Notes: generated by a model not told the origin, from the letters alone. Shown: positions 1 through 9,415, counted from the stretch's first letter. The stretch is DNA of 56,724 nucleotides from Patescibacteria group bacterium (GCA_049322615.1 JBMORX010000006.1:1-56724); one strand, 5' to 3'. Numbers and translations: made by a program.

Positions 1-1
1 C

Positions 2-127
2 ACCGTCTGTAAAGTAGTCATATAACTACGATACAGATTTCTGTCAAGTCTTGGGAAACTATACCGAAGATGATGAAAATCTGCTGGCAAAACTACTCAT
101 TGTCTCAAATGTATCGTAACTTTTTCA
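2..127. repeat. Left copy of a perfect 126-bp terminal inverted repeat
   Basis: Read directly. Bases 2-127 (accgtctgtaaagtagtcatataactacg...gtatcgtaactttttca) equal the reverse complement of 56599-56724 with no mismatch. The match breaks at 128 (atg versus gct). There is no ORF of 60 aa or more inside. Confidence 0.95.
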
Positions 128-283
128 ATGATTAAGGAGCCTCTCTCATCTGCTTATGCTCTGGCTAAAGGTACGACATCTCTCAAGCCACTGTTTAGTG
201 ATGGCGAAAATAAATCCTCTCCGCTCACAAATTAAGAGTAGAGTATTTTTGAACTTAAAGGAACAAAAGAATATAATTTTTAC

Positions 284-309
284 AACGTATATATAAAACG
301 TATATATAA
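284..309. repeat. Perfect tandem duplication of a 13-bp unit (aacgtatatataa x2) upstream of the first gene
   Basis: Read directly at 284-296 and 297-309, 42 bp upstream of the ATG at 351. The unit is TATA-rich, so it may overlap a promoter. Confidence 0.9.
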
Positions 310-350
310 TTAGTTAACAAATAAACATTTCGTAAAACGACAAGAAACCA

Positions 351-983
351 ATGGAGCACAGTTTATCTAAATTATTAAAGAGCGATTCCAATGCCTGGAT
401 AATTATTGCCCATCCAGATGATGAAACGATATTCTGTGGTGGAACTATGCTAAGTTACCCATTTGTTTCGTGGAACGTAATCTGTGTCACCATGCAAATG
501 AGAACAGTAAGGCCAAAAGAATTTAAAGACGCCATGGAAATGTATAAAAAATTTGGTGTAAATATAGAGTCATGCTTAACTTTAGAGAAAAAAGATACTG
601 GCAAGAGAGGTGACCTCCTTACTTTAGAGGATATAAATGATTGGAAAGAATCATTAAAAAAATTGGGTCTGAAACCAGATCTTGTATTCACTCACAACAA
701 AGAAGGGGACTATGGTCATGACCATCATAAAAATATCAATCTCATTGTCCATGCTTTATTTTCAAACGTACTAGATTTTGCGTATCCGGGTGACAAGGTT
801 ATAAAGAGATTTTCCAGTAACAATAAGTTATATTTAGTGTCTTTAACCAAAGAAATTCTAGCGAAGAAGAATAAAATAATGAATAGTTGCTATAAATCTC
901 AATCCGATATTTGGAGTAGTAGATTAAGATTTATGATGGACTTCTACTTCAATAAAAGAATGGAATCATTCATATCAGACTAA
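351..983 (+). CDS. PIG-L/LmbE-family N-acetylglucosaminyl deacetylase
   Basis: 210-aa ORF. It has the IIIAHPDDETIFCGG motif near the N-terminus and YGHDHHKN later, the metal-binding signature of PIG-L/LmbE deacetylases. Confidence 0.8.
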   Translation: MEHSLSKLLKSDSNAWIIIAHPDDETIFCGGTMLSYPFVSWNVICVTMQMRTVRPKEFKDAMEMYKKFGVNIESCLTLEKKDTGKRGDLLTLEDINDWKESLKKLGLKPDLVFTHNKEGDYGHDHHKNINLIVHALFSNVLDFAYPGDKVIKRFSSNNKLYLVSLTKEILAKKNKIMNSCYKSQSDIWSSRLRFMMDFYFNKRMESFISD

Positions 984-990
984 TCGCAAT

Positions 991-1461
991 ATGAAAAGGT
1001 ACATTACTCAGGATAAAAAAACTATACATTTCATAACATTTAACGAATTATCTTGGGAATCCGGCTATGACTATCTCCTCATGGCCTTCTCAAAAGCCGT
1101 ATCTACTACTCCCCATAAGCTAACAATGACAATAATTGGTATCGGCCCACTTTACGGTGCTGTAAAGTACACGTTAGAGGATCTTCAGTTAGGTAAATAT
1201 ATTTATGTTGTTAACGATACGCCAGAACCAAAAGAGATAAATGATCTAATTAATAAAACCAATGTTTATGTCAATTTTTGCGTAAAATATAAGCCAAACC
1301 CCGCTGACAATTTAGCTCTCTCAAACAATAAACCGATAATTTGTAGCGATATTAATGAGTTCATAAAAAACAAAAATAATAGATTAATAACCGTGATCCC
1401 CAATAGAAACATTGAAATGCTTAGTGAGAACTTGATCAAACTAGCAAGCACTTCGCCATAA
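991..1461 (+). CDS. Short GT-B C-terminal-domain-like protein, possibly a truncated glycosyltransferase paralogue
   Basis: 156-aa ORF. FITFNELSWESGYDYLL...TIIGIGPLY resembles the start of the donor-binding Rossmann half of GT4 enzymes. The N-domain and EX7E motif are absent. Confidence 0.3.
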   Translation: MKRYITQDKKTIHFITFNELSWESGYDYLLMAFSKAVSTTPHKLTMTIIGIGPLYGAVKYTLEDLQLGKYIYVVNDTPEPKEINDLINKTNVYVNFCVKYKPNPADNLALSNNKPIICSDINEFIKNKNNRLITVIPNRNIEMLSENLIKLASTSP

Positions 1462-1472
1462 CTAATAAAAAA

Positions 1473-2720
1473 ATGGTTAACAAACTTAAGAAAGCGAAAA
1501 TTGGTGTATTCGTCGAAGCTTTCCCAGTCGTATCTGAGACTTTTATTGCTAATAAAGTTAAATATCTTTTAGATTTCGGGTACGATGTGCAAATTTTTAC
1601 TTTAAAGGAAAGTAAACAGTGGAACTTTTTTCCGAAGCTAACTAGAAGTTTTCCGGATATTAAAAATCGAGTTCACATCGCACCATCCTTAGAATCATTA
1701 GACAATGTATTAAAGGTGACAATAAGATTATTGGCAGATTTATTATCAAAACCTTTTTCTACGATTGGATTTTTGGCATATAATCTGTTTCTAAGTGATA
1801 ACCATTTTCTCGGCCCTGCCGAGAGGGTGTTCTCGCGTATTAATTTTAACGGCATTCAACTCGATATTTTAAGCATAGAGTTTGATACTTTGGGTTACAG
1901 GGTGGTAGATCTAAAGCCTATTCTAAAATGCAAAGTTCTCATAAACACAGTAGGAATTGCACAAGCTACTAACACTTATCAACAGATGCCAAATAGACTG
2001 TTGTATTTAAATAAATATGTAGATTTCTTCCGTTTTGCATCCCAGTTCTTGAGAGAAAATAGCTTCAATCTAGGATTAAGTAAGAATATCAAAAATGAGG
2101 TAGTCTACATCGGCGTGAACCCTCTCTTTATCGACAAGAGAATAAAAATACGAAGTCTAAAAAACAAAAAATTAAAAATAATTTCTGTCGGCAGGTTAGC
2201 ATGGTCAAAAGGCTACGAGTTTGCTTTGGAAGCGATAGCAATTGCTAAGAAGGTAGGCGTAAATATTCAATACATAATAGTAGGCGATGGCCCTTATAAA
2301 GACGCTGTTTACTATGCGGCAAAACAATTTAATTTATTAAAAAATAAGACAGTAATATTTAAAGGCGCTTTGTCGCTGCTACAAGTTAAAAAAGAGCTCG
2401 CAAAAGCCAATGTTTTTTTACAAGCATCGGTTGCTGAAGGATTTGGGGTCTCAGCATTAGAAGCACAGGCGATAGGTCTGCCAGTAATTGCAACAAACGC
2501 AGGTGGTTTACCCGAAAATATAGTCAATTTCAAAACTGGTTTTATAGTTCCAAAGAGGGATCCTCAGGCTTTGGCTAAAAAAATAATATACCTTTACAAA
2601 GATCAGAAAAAATCGCAACCTATGGGGAATAATGGTAGACAAAGAGTACGAAGATATTTTACCTTAAACAACGAGATGGATGCTCTAATGAAAATATATA
2701 AAAAATTATTAGAAGGTTAA
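1473..2720 (+). CDS. GT-B (GT4-like) glycosyltransferase
   Basis: 415 aa. Motifs ISVGRLAWSKGY and SVAEGFGVSALEAQAIGLPVIATNAGGLPE (EX7E donor motif). Confidence 0.85.
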   Translation: MVNKLKKAKIGVFVEAFPVVSETFIANKVKYLLDFGYDVQIFTLKESKQWNFFPKLTRSFPDIKNRVHIAPSLESLDNVLKVTIRLLADLLSKPFSTIGFLAYNLFLSDNHFLGPAERVFSRINFNGIQLDILSIEFDTLGYRVVDLKPILKCKVLINTVGIAQATNTYQQMPNRLLYLNKYVDFFRFASQFLRENSFNLGLSKNIKNEVVYIGVNPLFIDKRIKIRSLKNKKLKIISVGRLAWSKGYEFALEAIAIAKKVGVNIQYIIVGDGPYKDAVYYAAKQFNLLKNKTVIFKGALSLLQVKKELAKANVFLQASVAEGFGVSALEAQAIGLPVIATNAGGLPENIVNFKTGFIVPKRDPQALAKKIIYLYKDQKKSQPMGNNGRQRVRRYFTLNNEMDALMKIYKKLLEG

Positions 2721-3952
2721 AAATTGCTAAACTCTAACCCTAGCTTTCTAACCCGTTTTGTGTTAATTTGCAATCTCTTAACCCAAATTTTTGGAGGAGC
2801 AGAAAAGACACGCGTAGACTTAAAAATATTTGCTAATTTATACGAATAATTTTTATTTGAGAATTTTGCCTTTGCTGTATTAAAACCGCTCATTATAATA
2901 CTTTTCCTCAATTTTGAGTTTTCCATGACCAACTCAATTTTGTTAGCTAAATCTTTATAATTTCCGTGTGTATACAAGAGACCATTTTTCTCATGTGTTA
3001 TTATTTCCGGCACCCCGCCGCCGTTAGTTGCAATAACAGGCTTTTTGAATAACATTCCCTCTAAAATTGTTCTCCCAAATCCTTCATTTTTTGAGCAAAC
3101 AAGAACTGCATCACATTGTCGAAACAACGGGTAGGGATCTTCAATAAAATCTCTAACCTGGAAGTGCTGTCTTTTCCTATTTTTGTCAATTAAATTATGA
3201 ATTTTTTCCATTAAAGCAGAGTCGGTACATTTCCCAACAAGTAGCAATTCAACATCCCGCCCGCGATTTAATAATAACGACGCTGCCCTAATAGCATCCA
3301 ACTGTCCTTTTTTCTTGGAGATGGTCCCTGCTATTAACAGTTTAAAAGCATTTGGGTAACGAAATCTGACAATAGACTGTTCTCTAGAAAGTTTTTTGTT
3401 GATTGTGAGTGAATTATAAACTACTGTAGGCTCCGCTCTGAAAATGTACTTACCGAATTCCTTCATCACGGCTTGAGAGTTAAATATAACCCGAGATGAG
3501 AAATCATTAATAAATTTAGAGGTAAAAGCAAAACCAAACTCAAATATAAAACCGTGGTCTTTCTCACCCAATTCTCTGACGCACCATACATGAGGGATTT
3601 TTAACATATTAGCTACAAGTGCTCCTATGCAGATCACGCTTGTGTTTGTCACCATCAAATCAAGATGAAATTTTTTAATTTTATTTTTCAATCCTTCTGC
3701 ACTATCTAAATGATTATTGAAAAAAGTACTTACTGGCTTTCTGCTTTCTCCTCGTCGTACAGTCCACCACTTATATGAATAGATAATATAATTTATACCT
3801 GCGCTTACCAGCTTAGCTCCAAGCGGTCCGTCAGAGGGAAGAACTACGTACAATTGTATATTAGGAATGTTTCTAAGTGTCTCAAGTAAATAAAGTAAAG
3901 AGCGCTCTGCGCCGCCGAGGTCGCTACTGTGGGAAATAAAACATATTTTCAT
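2717..3952 (-). CDS. GT-B (GT4-like) glycosyltransferase
   Basis: 411 aa. Motifs MKICFISHSSDLGGAERS at the N-terminus and SKNEGFGRTILEGMLFKKPVIATNGGGVPE. Confidence 0.85.
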   Translation of the reverse strand: MKICFISHSSDLGGAERSLLYLLETLRNIPNIQLYVVLPSDGPLGAKLVSAGINYIIYSYKWWTVRRGESRKPVSTFFNNHLDSAEGLKNKIKKFHLDLMVTNTSVICIGALVANMLKIPHVWCVRELGEKDHGFIFEFGFAFTSKFINDFSSRVIFNSQAVMKEFGKYIFRAEPTVVYNSLTINKKLSREQSIVRFRYPNAFKLLIAGTISKKKGQLDAIRAASLLLNRGRDVELLLVGKCTDSALMEKIHNLIDKNRKRQHFQVRDFIEDPYPLFRQCDAVLVCSKNEGFGRTILEGMLFKKPVIATNGGGVPEIITHEKNGLLYTHGNYKDLANKIELVMENSKLRKSIIMSGFNTAKAKFSNKNYSYKLANIFKSTRVFSAPPKIWVKRLQINTKRVRKLGLEFSNF

Positions 3953-3957
3953 GCAAC

Positions 3958-5715
3958 TTAGTAAATTTTTGGCCCTAAAAGTTTGTTCATAGGTATATTT
4001 TTTTCAAAAAAATTAAACCATAAAACTATATCGAGGATGGTGTTAATCCTGTTTACTTTTAAATTTGTTTTTGCGTCATTAATAATTTTTTTCCTGTTTA
4101 AAAAGAGTGGAAAATCTAAACGATTTAATAGATCGAATAAGTATCTTACATCGCCCTTAGAGATTTCAGAATAATCGCTTATCAACTCTTTTGGGTTTTC
4201 CTCAAATTGTATAATTCTACGATCATATGCTTTCAATTTCTCTAAATTCTCATCGCTTGTTGATATAATCTGCCTAATTTCAGGAAAGGCTGTGTTAATT
4301 ATTTGTCTATAAATAAACTTAAACTTATAAGCATGAGGTATACTGAGACCAAACGCAACAAGTTCGTCATTGAAAAATGGTTGGATAACTGTTCTTATGC
4401 AACTTCCAATAATATTATTGGGTACAATACTTATTCCATTTCTAATCCGATTTTTCATCAAAAAAGTTACCATACGATTTTCTGTTACTGGTATACGACT
4501 TAATTCATTAATGGCCCATTCATCCGTATATTTAATACTCCTCCAGATCTCTGGGCTTAAGTAATCTTCAAGCCAATAATATTCAAACCCAAACTGCTTT
4601 TTAAAAAGTTTGGCCAAAAAATTCGTGTTCGCCTTCATTTTGATGTGAATTGGACGGACGCGAGTGGAACGCATTATTATGTCTCCACCAATACCATCGA
4701 TATAAGTATCATACCTTTTAATAGCTTCCAACATGGGCATAGTCCACAAATGTTCTTGGACTAAGCAGTCGCTTAAATAAGCTTTCATGACAAAGAAACG
4801 CCTATATATATCATGAGGTCTATCAATATAATAAGTGTTATGTATTTCTAAAGACTGAGCTAGTTCATTTACAATCTCTTTTTCTGGACCACAAGGATGA
4901 AGCGTTGTTATCGTATCAAACTCACATTGGCCATGAAACTTTTTTAGACCTGCTACGATACTTCGAGAATCATATCCTCCAGAAAGGGCAATTATCGTTT
5001 TGAACCCCTTGATGGTTTTTCCCAAATTACCAAAAACCCTTCTAGCTATTTCTACACCCTCTAAGATTTTTTGTTTGTAACTTGAATTAAAGTCGGTATC
5101 AATTTGAGAAAAATCCCAATATCTTTCTTCTCTAATCCTAAAGACATCCTTGTAAGATATTTTAATTAAGGTTCCATTTGGTATTAAGCGAATACCCTTG
5201 TAAAAAGTTTCTTGACCTAAAGTAAATCTAAAAGTTAAGTATTGGCCCCAAGCCCTCCAATTAATGGGGGCTCTTCTGCTCAATAAAGACAGTAACAGTT
5301 TTATTTCAGAACCGAAAATGAGATTATTGTGGTTTCTATATATGAAAAGAGGTCTTGAGCCGTATTTATCGGTTACTATAAAAATTACTTGTCTTTTCTC
5401 ATCTGCTAACAGAAAATTAAAGGAGCCATTGAGATTTTTGACAAAATTAATAGAGTGCTTGGAGTTGTACAAATCCATTATGTGTTTTGCCGTCTTTTCT
5501 GTTTTAGGCCTATCAAAAAGGTTTCCCTGAAATATGACAATTAGGTTTTTGCCTTCAGCTATACAATCATCAATTAAAGCTAAACCACAAACCGCTATTT
5601 GATAGTTGTCATTGTTAAAGTGCCTCAAATTTTCGTAAAAATTATCGACATCTATCCTTCTTGGAAAGCCCGAACTAGGCGAATGTTTACCTACCATTCC
5701 AAATATCTTAAGCAT
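3958..5715 (-). CDS. Asparagine-synthetase-like amidotransferase (AsnB/WbpS-like) without the N-terminal catalytic Cys
   Basis: 585 aa. The PP-loop IALSGGYDSRS of the AsnB synthetase domain is present. The N-terminus reads MLKIFGMVGKH, not M-C-G. Confidence 0.7.
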   Translation of the reverse strand: MLKIFGMVGKHSPSSGFPRRIDVDNFYENLRHFNNDNYQIAVCGLALIDDCIAEGKNLIVIFQGNLFDRPKTEKTAKHIMDLYNSKHSINFVKNLNGSFNFLLADEKRQVIFIVTDKYGSRPLFIYRNHNNLIFGSEIKLLLSLLSRRAPINWRAWGQYLTFRFTLGQETFYKGIRLIPNGTLIKISYKDVFRIREERYWDFSQIDTDFNSSYKQKILEGVEIARRVFGNLGKTIKGFKTIIALSGGYDSRSIVAGLKKFHGQCEFDTITTLHPCGPEKEIVNELAQSLEIHNTYYIDRPHDIYRRFFVMKAYLSDCLVQEHLWTMPMLEAIKRYDTYIDGIGGDIIMRSTRVRPIHIKMKANTNFLAKLFKKQFGFEYYWLEDYLSPEIWRSIKYTDEWAINELSRIPVTENRMVTFLMKNRIRNGISIVPNNIIGSCIRTVIQPFFNDELVAFGLSIPHAYKFKFIYRQIINTAFPEIRQIISTSDENLEKLKAYDRRIIQFEENPKELISDYSEISKGDVRYLFDLLNRLDFPLFLNRKKIINDAKTNLKVNRINTILDIVLWFNFFEKNIPMNKLLGPKIY

Positions 5716-5733
5716 AATGTATACTATTTTACC

Positions 5734-6636
5734 ATGGAATCGTATTCGTTTATAGTTCCTTCATTCAACTCGGGTCGAAATCTTGTGGCATGTGTTAAAA
5801 GCCTAAATAATTTGAGATACAACAAGCGTAAATATGAAATTATTATCGTAGACGACGGTTCTACAGACGACTCCATTTTAAAAATAAAAAGAATGGGTGT
5901 TTCAAACCTAAAGATCTTTAAAAATCCAAAACAAGGAGCTGCAACCGCACGAAATTATGGAATAAAGAAAGCGAAAAATAGCATCCTTGTATTCTTGGAT
6001 CAGGACGTAATAGTCAAAGAAAATCTACTTAGCGTATATGACAGTACTATTCAGGGTACAGGCGCCGATGTAATACAAGGCAATATTTGGGAACAACTAA
6101 TAAATAGTAAATTAACCAAAATGCACGCAACATGGAGAAAGGTAGTATTTCTAAACAAAGTAGATGATCACGATGGCTACATAAAAACTATCATTACTAG
6201 AAATGTAACTATAAAGAGGAAGGTTTTAAATGGGATACTTAAAAAAGATGGTTATATTTTTAACGAGAAATTTAAAGGTACCGGGGGTGAGGATCGTGAG
6301 CTTGGATATAGGATTCATAAACTTGGTTTTAAGATTTATCTTGAGCCTAAAGCCATTGTAAAGCACAAAGATGCTAACAAATTATTGGGAATTCTTATCC
6401 AAAAATATAAACATGGACAAGGCGATGTAAGATTAGGAATGGGAGAAAGATTTTACGACATATCTAACTTTAAGAGGGTTGTTATAAATCCGTTAACTAA
6501 TGGGGTTCCCATATATTTTTCGTTTCTTATCTGGTGCTTTCATATAACTGGTTGCGAGATAGAAAGAGTTCGGGAGAAATTTATCACAATTTCACGCCGT
6601 ATTTTTTCCAGAGATCATAGCAAAAGGGGTCTTTAA
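5734..6636 (+). CDS. GT-A (GT2-like) glycosyltransferase
   Basis: I trimmed ORF 5599..6636 to the ATG at 5734, which clears the divergent AsnB-like gene. Motifs SFIVPSFNSGRN, IIIVDDGSTDDS and FLDQD. Confidence 0.8.
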   Translation: MESYSFIVPSFNSGRNLVACVKSLNNLRYNKRKYEIIIVDDGSTDDSILKIKRMGVSNLKIFKNPKQGAATARNYGIKKAKNSILVFLDQDVIVKENLLSVYDSTIQGTGADVIQGNIWEQLINSKLTKMHATWRKVVFLNKVDDHDGYIKTIITRNVTIKRKVLNGILKKDGYIFNEKFKGTGGEDRELGYRIHKLGFKIYLEPKAIVKHKDANKLLGILIQKYKHGQGDVRLGMGERFYDISNFKRVVINPLTNGVPIYFSFLIWCFHITGCEIERVREKFITISRRIFSRDHSKRGL

Positions 6637-7230
6637 AAGAATTCGCAAGTCAAGAAGTATGGATTTCTTTCTTGCGTAATATGCGTCCATCTCTATTCTC
6701 TTGTCGAAATTTACGCTACTTCTTCCTGATACTTGCCAGTACCCTGTAATACCTGGCTTGATGGATAAAACATCTTTAAGTAAATTTTTCTTCTCTGAAA
6801 ACTTTATTAACTGTTCCCCAAGTTCATCTCGATAATATGGCCGGGGACCAACTAAACTCATTTCTCCTCTTAAAACATTTATCAGTTGAGGGATTTCATC
6901 AATTGAATGTTTCCTAATGAATTTCCCGACTCGCGTCCATCTTGGGTCTTCGTGAAGTTTATAACTTGATTTTTTGTATTCTTCATAAAGTTTCTTAAAT
7001 TTAGAGTCCTTCCTTAACAAATCATGAGCTCCGACAATCATCGAGCGAAACTTATATAACTTAAATAACTTTCCATTTTTGCCGACTCGCGGGGGAGTAT
7101 CAGCTAAAATTGGACCCGGAGACTCAAGTTTAATGGCAACTGCCGTCAAGATACAAATTGGTAAAAAAACAATCCCCAATGTAATCGCCAAAATTATATC
7201 CATTAATCTTTTCAGTGGCTCGTAAAACAT
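6592..7230 (-). CDS. Small initiating phosphoglycosyltransferase (bacterial sugar transferase family, PglC/WbaP C-domain type)
   Basis: 212 aa. One N-terminal hydrophobic helix, then LYKFRSM and DEIPQLINVLRGEMSLVGPRP, the hallmark motifs of this family. Confidence 0.9.
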   Translation of the reverse strand: MFYEPLKRLMDIILAITLGIVFLPICILTAVAIKLESPGPILADTPPRVGKNGKLFKLYKFRSMIVGAHDLLRKDSKFKKLYEEYKKSSYKLHEDPRWTRVGKFIRKHSIDEIPQLINVLRGEMSLVGPRPYYRDELGEQLIKFSEKKNLLKDVLSIKPGITGYWQVSGRSSVNFDKRIEMDAYYARKKSILLDLRILLKTPFAMISGKNTA

Positions 7231-7232
7231 GA

Positions 7233-8345
7233 TTAAAGATATTTATCTTTTCCTTTTTCTTTTAAATGGTTTACGAATCTTTTAACGTCTTTTGCCCTTC
7301 CTCTTTGGCAAACCAGAAGTCCATCTTTGGTATCTACCACCACGAAATTTTCCACTCCAATGATGGCGGCAATTTTTCTCTCAGGGATATAAACTAGATT
7401 GCCCTTGGCGTCAGTAAATTCAACCTCCCCTTTTTTAATATTCTGACGCTGGCCTATTGCCAAAGCTTCGTAAAGCAGGTCCCAGGTGCCAATGTCGTAC
7501 CAACCAAAGTCGGCGGGAATGACCAACTGACTTCCTGGGGGAAGCTTTTCGAAAAGCCCATAATCAATTGAGGTTTTTTCTATTTGGTGATACTCCTTTT
7601 TGAAAACTTTCTTTTCCTCTTTCGTTCCCATGACCTCCATCATCTTTTCTATGTGGGAATAGCAGTCGGGAGCATATTTTTTATAAAAACCGAGCATTAC
7701 CAATGTCCGCCAGACGAAATAACCAACGTTGATATAATATTTTCTGGAAGCAAACATCCTTTTTGCCTCCTCCAAATTAGGCTTTTCGACATGTTTTAAA
7801 AACTCAAAAACCGAGTGACCATTTATCTTGCCCATAATTTTCCCAACCTTTATCCAACCTTGGGCGGTACTCGGATAAGAAGGCTTGGTGTCAATCTTGA
7901 CGAGAACATCTTTTTCCTGACAAATCCTGGCAGCGTGCTTGAGCAATTCAATAAACTTTCTTTCTTTTTTGACAATGTGGTCTGCTCCCCAGACAGCGGC
8001 CATAAGTGAGTTTGGATAGTGCTTGTGAATAAAGGCAGTCGCGTAAGCTACTGCTCCTAGAGTATCCCTTCTTTCCGGCTCAGCAATAATGTTTCCTTCG
8101 GGAACCCCAGAGGCTTGGGCTTCGACAAACCTAACCTGTTCTTTGGGAATAGAGAAGTAAATATCTTTAGGGTCAAATCCTTTTTTAACCCTTGCAACAG
8201 TTTTCTGGAAGAAAGACTTTTCGCCCAAGATAGGTTGAAACTGCTTTGGTAAGCTTTCTCTACTCATCGGCCACATTCGCGTACCGTAGCCGCCGCAAAA
8301 AATTACTACTCTAACTTTTTCTTTCAGTTCTGGAAACTCTCCCAT
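7233..8345 (-). CDS. NDP-hexose pyrophosphorylase (mannose-1-phosphate guanylyltransferase-like)
   Basis: 370 aa. The N-terminal motif VVIFCGGYGTRMWPMSRESLPKQF matches the GGxGTRLWPLSR nucleotidyltransferase signature. Confidence 0.8.
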   Translation of the reverse strand: MGEFPELKEKVRVVIFCGGYGTRMWPMSRESLPKQFQPILGEKSFFQKTVARVKKGFDPKDIYFSIPKEQVRFVEAQASGVPEGNIIAEPERRDTLGAVAYATAFIHKHYPNSLMAAVWGADHIVKKERKFIELLKHAARICQEKDVLVKIDTKPSYPSTAQGWIKVGKIMGKINGHSVFEFLKHVEKPNLEEAKRMFASRKYYINVGYFVWRTLVMLGFYKKYAPDCYSHIEKMMEVMGTKEEKKVFKKEYHQIEKTSIDYGLFEKLPPGSQLVIPADFGWYDIGTWDLLYEALAIGQRQNIKKGEVEFTDAKGNLVYIPERKIAAIIGVENFVVVDTKDGLLVCQRGRAKDVKRFVNHLKEKGKDKYL

Positions 8346-9415
8346 TTTTGTTCAATAATTTTTTTAATTTTTTCCTTAAAAATTTTTATATCAAATTTTT
8401 CTGCGTTCTTCCGGCAATCTTCTGGTTTATATTTTTCTGGTTTAAACTTTAAAACTTGCGCTCCCAGACTTTCTGGCGTCTGTTCAGCAAAAAATTCACC
8501 AGTTTTGCCCTCTATAATTATTTCCAGCGCTCCCCCAGCCCGGTAAGCAATCACCGGCTTTCCACAGGCTTGGGCTTCCAGGGGCACCAGTCCAAAATCC
8601 TCCTCCTGGGGAAAGATAACCGCTTGACATCTTTGATAGTAACTTAAAAGTTGGGGGTCTGTCAATTGTCCCAAAAATTCGATGTTCTTTGAGGCTAATC
8701 GTTTCAATTTCCCCATTTCCGTCCCGGTGCCGACTATTTTTAAAGGTAATCCCAGTCTATTGAAAGCCTCGATAGCGATGTCCACCTTCTTATAAGAAAC
8801 GAGTCTAGAAACTATTAGGAAAAATTTTTCATTTTGATTTGTCATTTTTAATTTTCCATTTTTAATTTTAAATTTGTCTGTGTCTATTGGTGGATAAATC
8901 ACTTCAGAATCCCGGTGGTAATATTTTTTTATCCTTTGGGCAACATTTTCAGAAATCGCCAAGTAAATATCTGGTCTTTGAGAGGCAATTTGATCCCAGA
9001 GACGAAGTTTAAAGATTAAAGGACGAAGAAAAAAGGGGATTTTATATTCCCATGTCCCACTCCAGAGATAGCGCGTTGGCGTAAGACAATAACAAATGTG
9101 AAGGGTGCCAGGTTTGGTAATTATACCCTTCGCTTCAGCACTCGTCACGGAAATCACGACATCAAATTCTGAAAAATCAAACGTCTCAAACGCCAAAGGA
9201 GTTAACCAGGGGTAGGCTTCATGGCGAGTTTTGGCAAAAGGAAATTTCTGAAGAAATGAAGGAATAACTTTAAAATCGCGAGCCCAAGGGGCGGTTTCCG
9301 GATTATAAACCGCGGTATAAAGGGGAGCATCGGGCCAGATCTCATGAAGGGCAAGTAAAACCCGTTCAGCGCCACCCCACTTATTGACACGATCGTATAC
9401 AAACGCTACTTTCAC
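8324..9415 (-). CDS. GT-B (GT4-like) glycosyltransferase (GTG start)
   Basis: 363 aa. Motifs VKVAFVYDRVNKWGGAERV and QEEDFGLVPLEAQACGKPVIAYRAGGALE. It carries the AT-rich module at 8819-8876. Confidence 0.85.
   Translation of the reverse strand: MKVAFVYDRVNKWGGAERVLLALHEIWPDAPLYTAVYNPETAPWARDFKVIPSFLQKFPFAKTRHEAYPWLTPLAFETFDFSEFDVVISVTSAEAKGIITKPGTLHICYCLTPTRYLWSGTWEYKIPFFLRPLIFKLRLWDQIASQRPDIYLAISENVAQRIKKYYHRDSEVIYPPIDTDKFKIKNGKLKMTNQNEKFFLIVSRLVSYKKVDIAIEAFNRLGLPLKIVGTGTEMGKLKRLASKNIEFLGQLTDPQLLSYYQRCQAVIFPQEEDFGLVPLEAQACGKPVIAYRAGGALEIIIEGKTGEFFAEQTPESLGAQVLKFKPEKYKPEDCRKNAEKFDIKIFKEKIKKIIEQKWESFQN
8819..8876. repeat. AT-rich in-frame module, copy 1 (core TTGTCATTTTT at 8839-8849 on the + strand)
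   Basis: Read directly. It translates as KFKIKNGKLKMTNQNEKF in the interdomain linker of the GT4. Confidence 0.8.

Noticed and set aside
128-235. A 35-codon ORF (MIKEPLSSAYALAKG...) immediately inside the left repeat, in a locally GC-richer stretch.
   Set aside because: It is too short, has no motif, and has no partner at the other end. It could be a relic of a disrupted gene, but I cannot support that.
5599-5733. A 45-codon N-terminal extension of the GT2 ORF.
   Set aside because: It overlaps the 5' end of the divergent AsnB-like gene, and the conserved GT2 N-terminus begins right after the ATG at 5734.
6592-6636. A 45-bp convergent overlap of the GT2 and phosphoglycosyltransferase 3' ends as a regulatory antisense arrangement.
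   Set aside because: It is probably just compact packing, or a slightly over-extended C-terminus of the GT2 ORF (tail ...SRRIFSRDHSKRGL). I saw no structure or motif.
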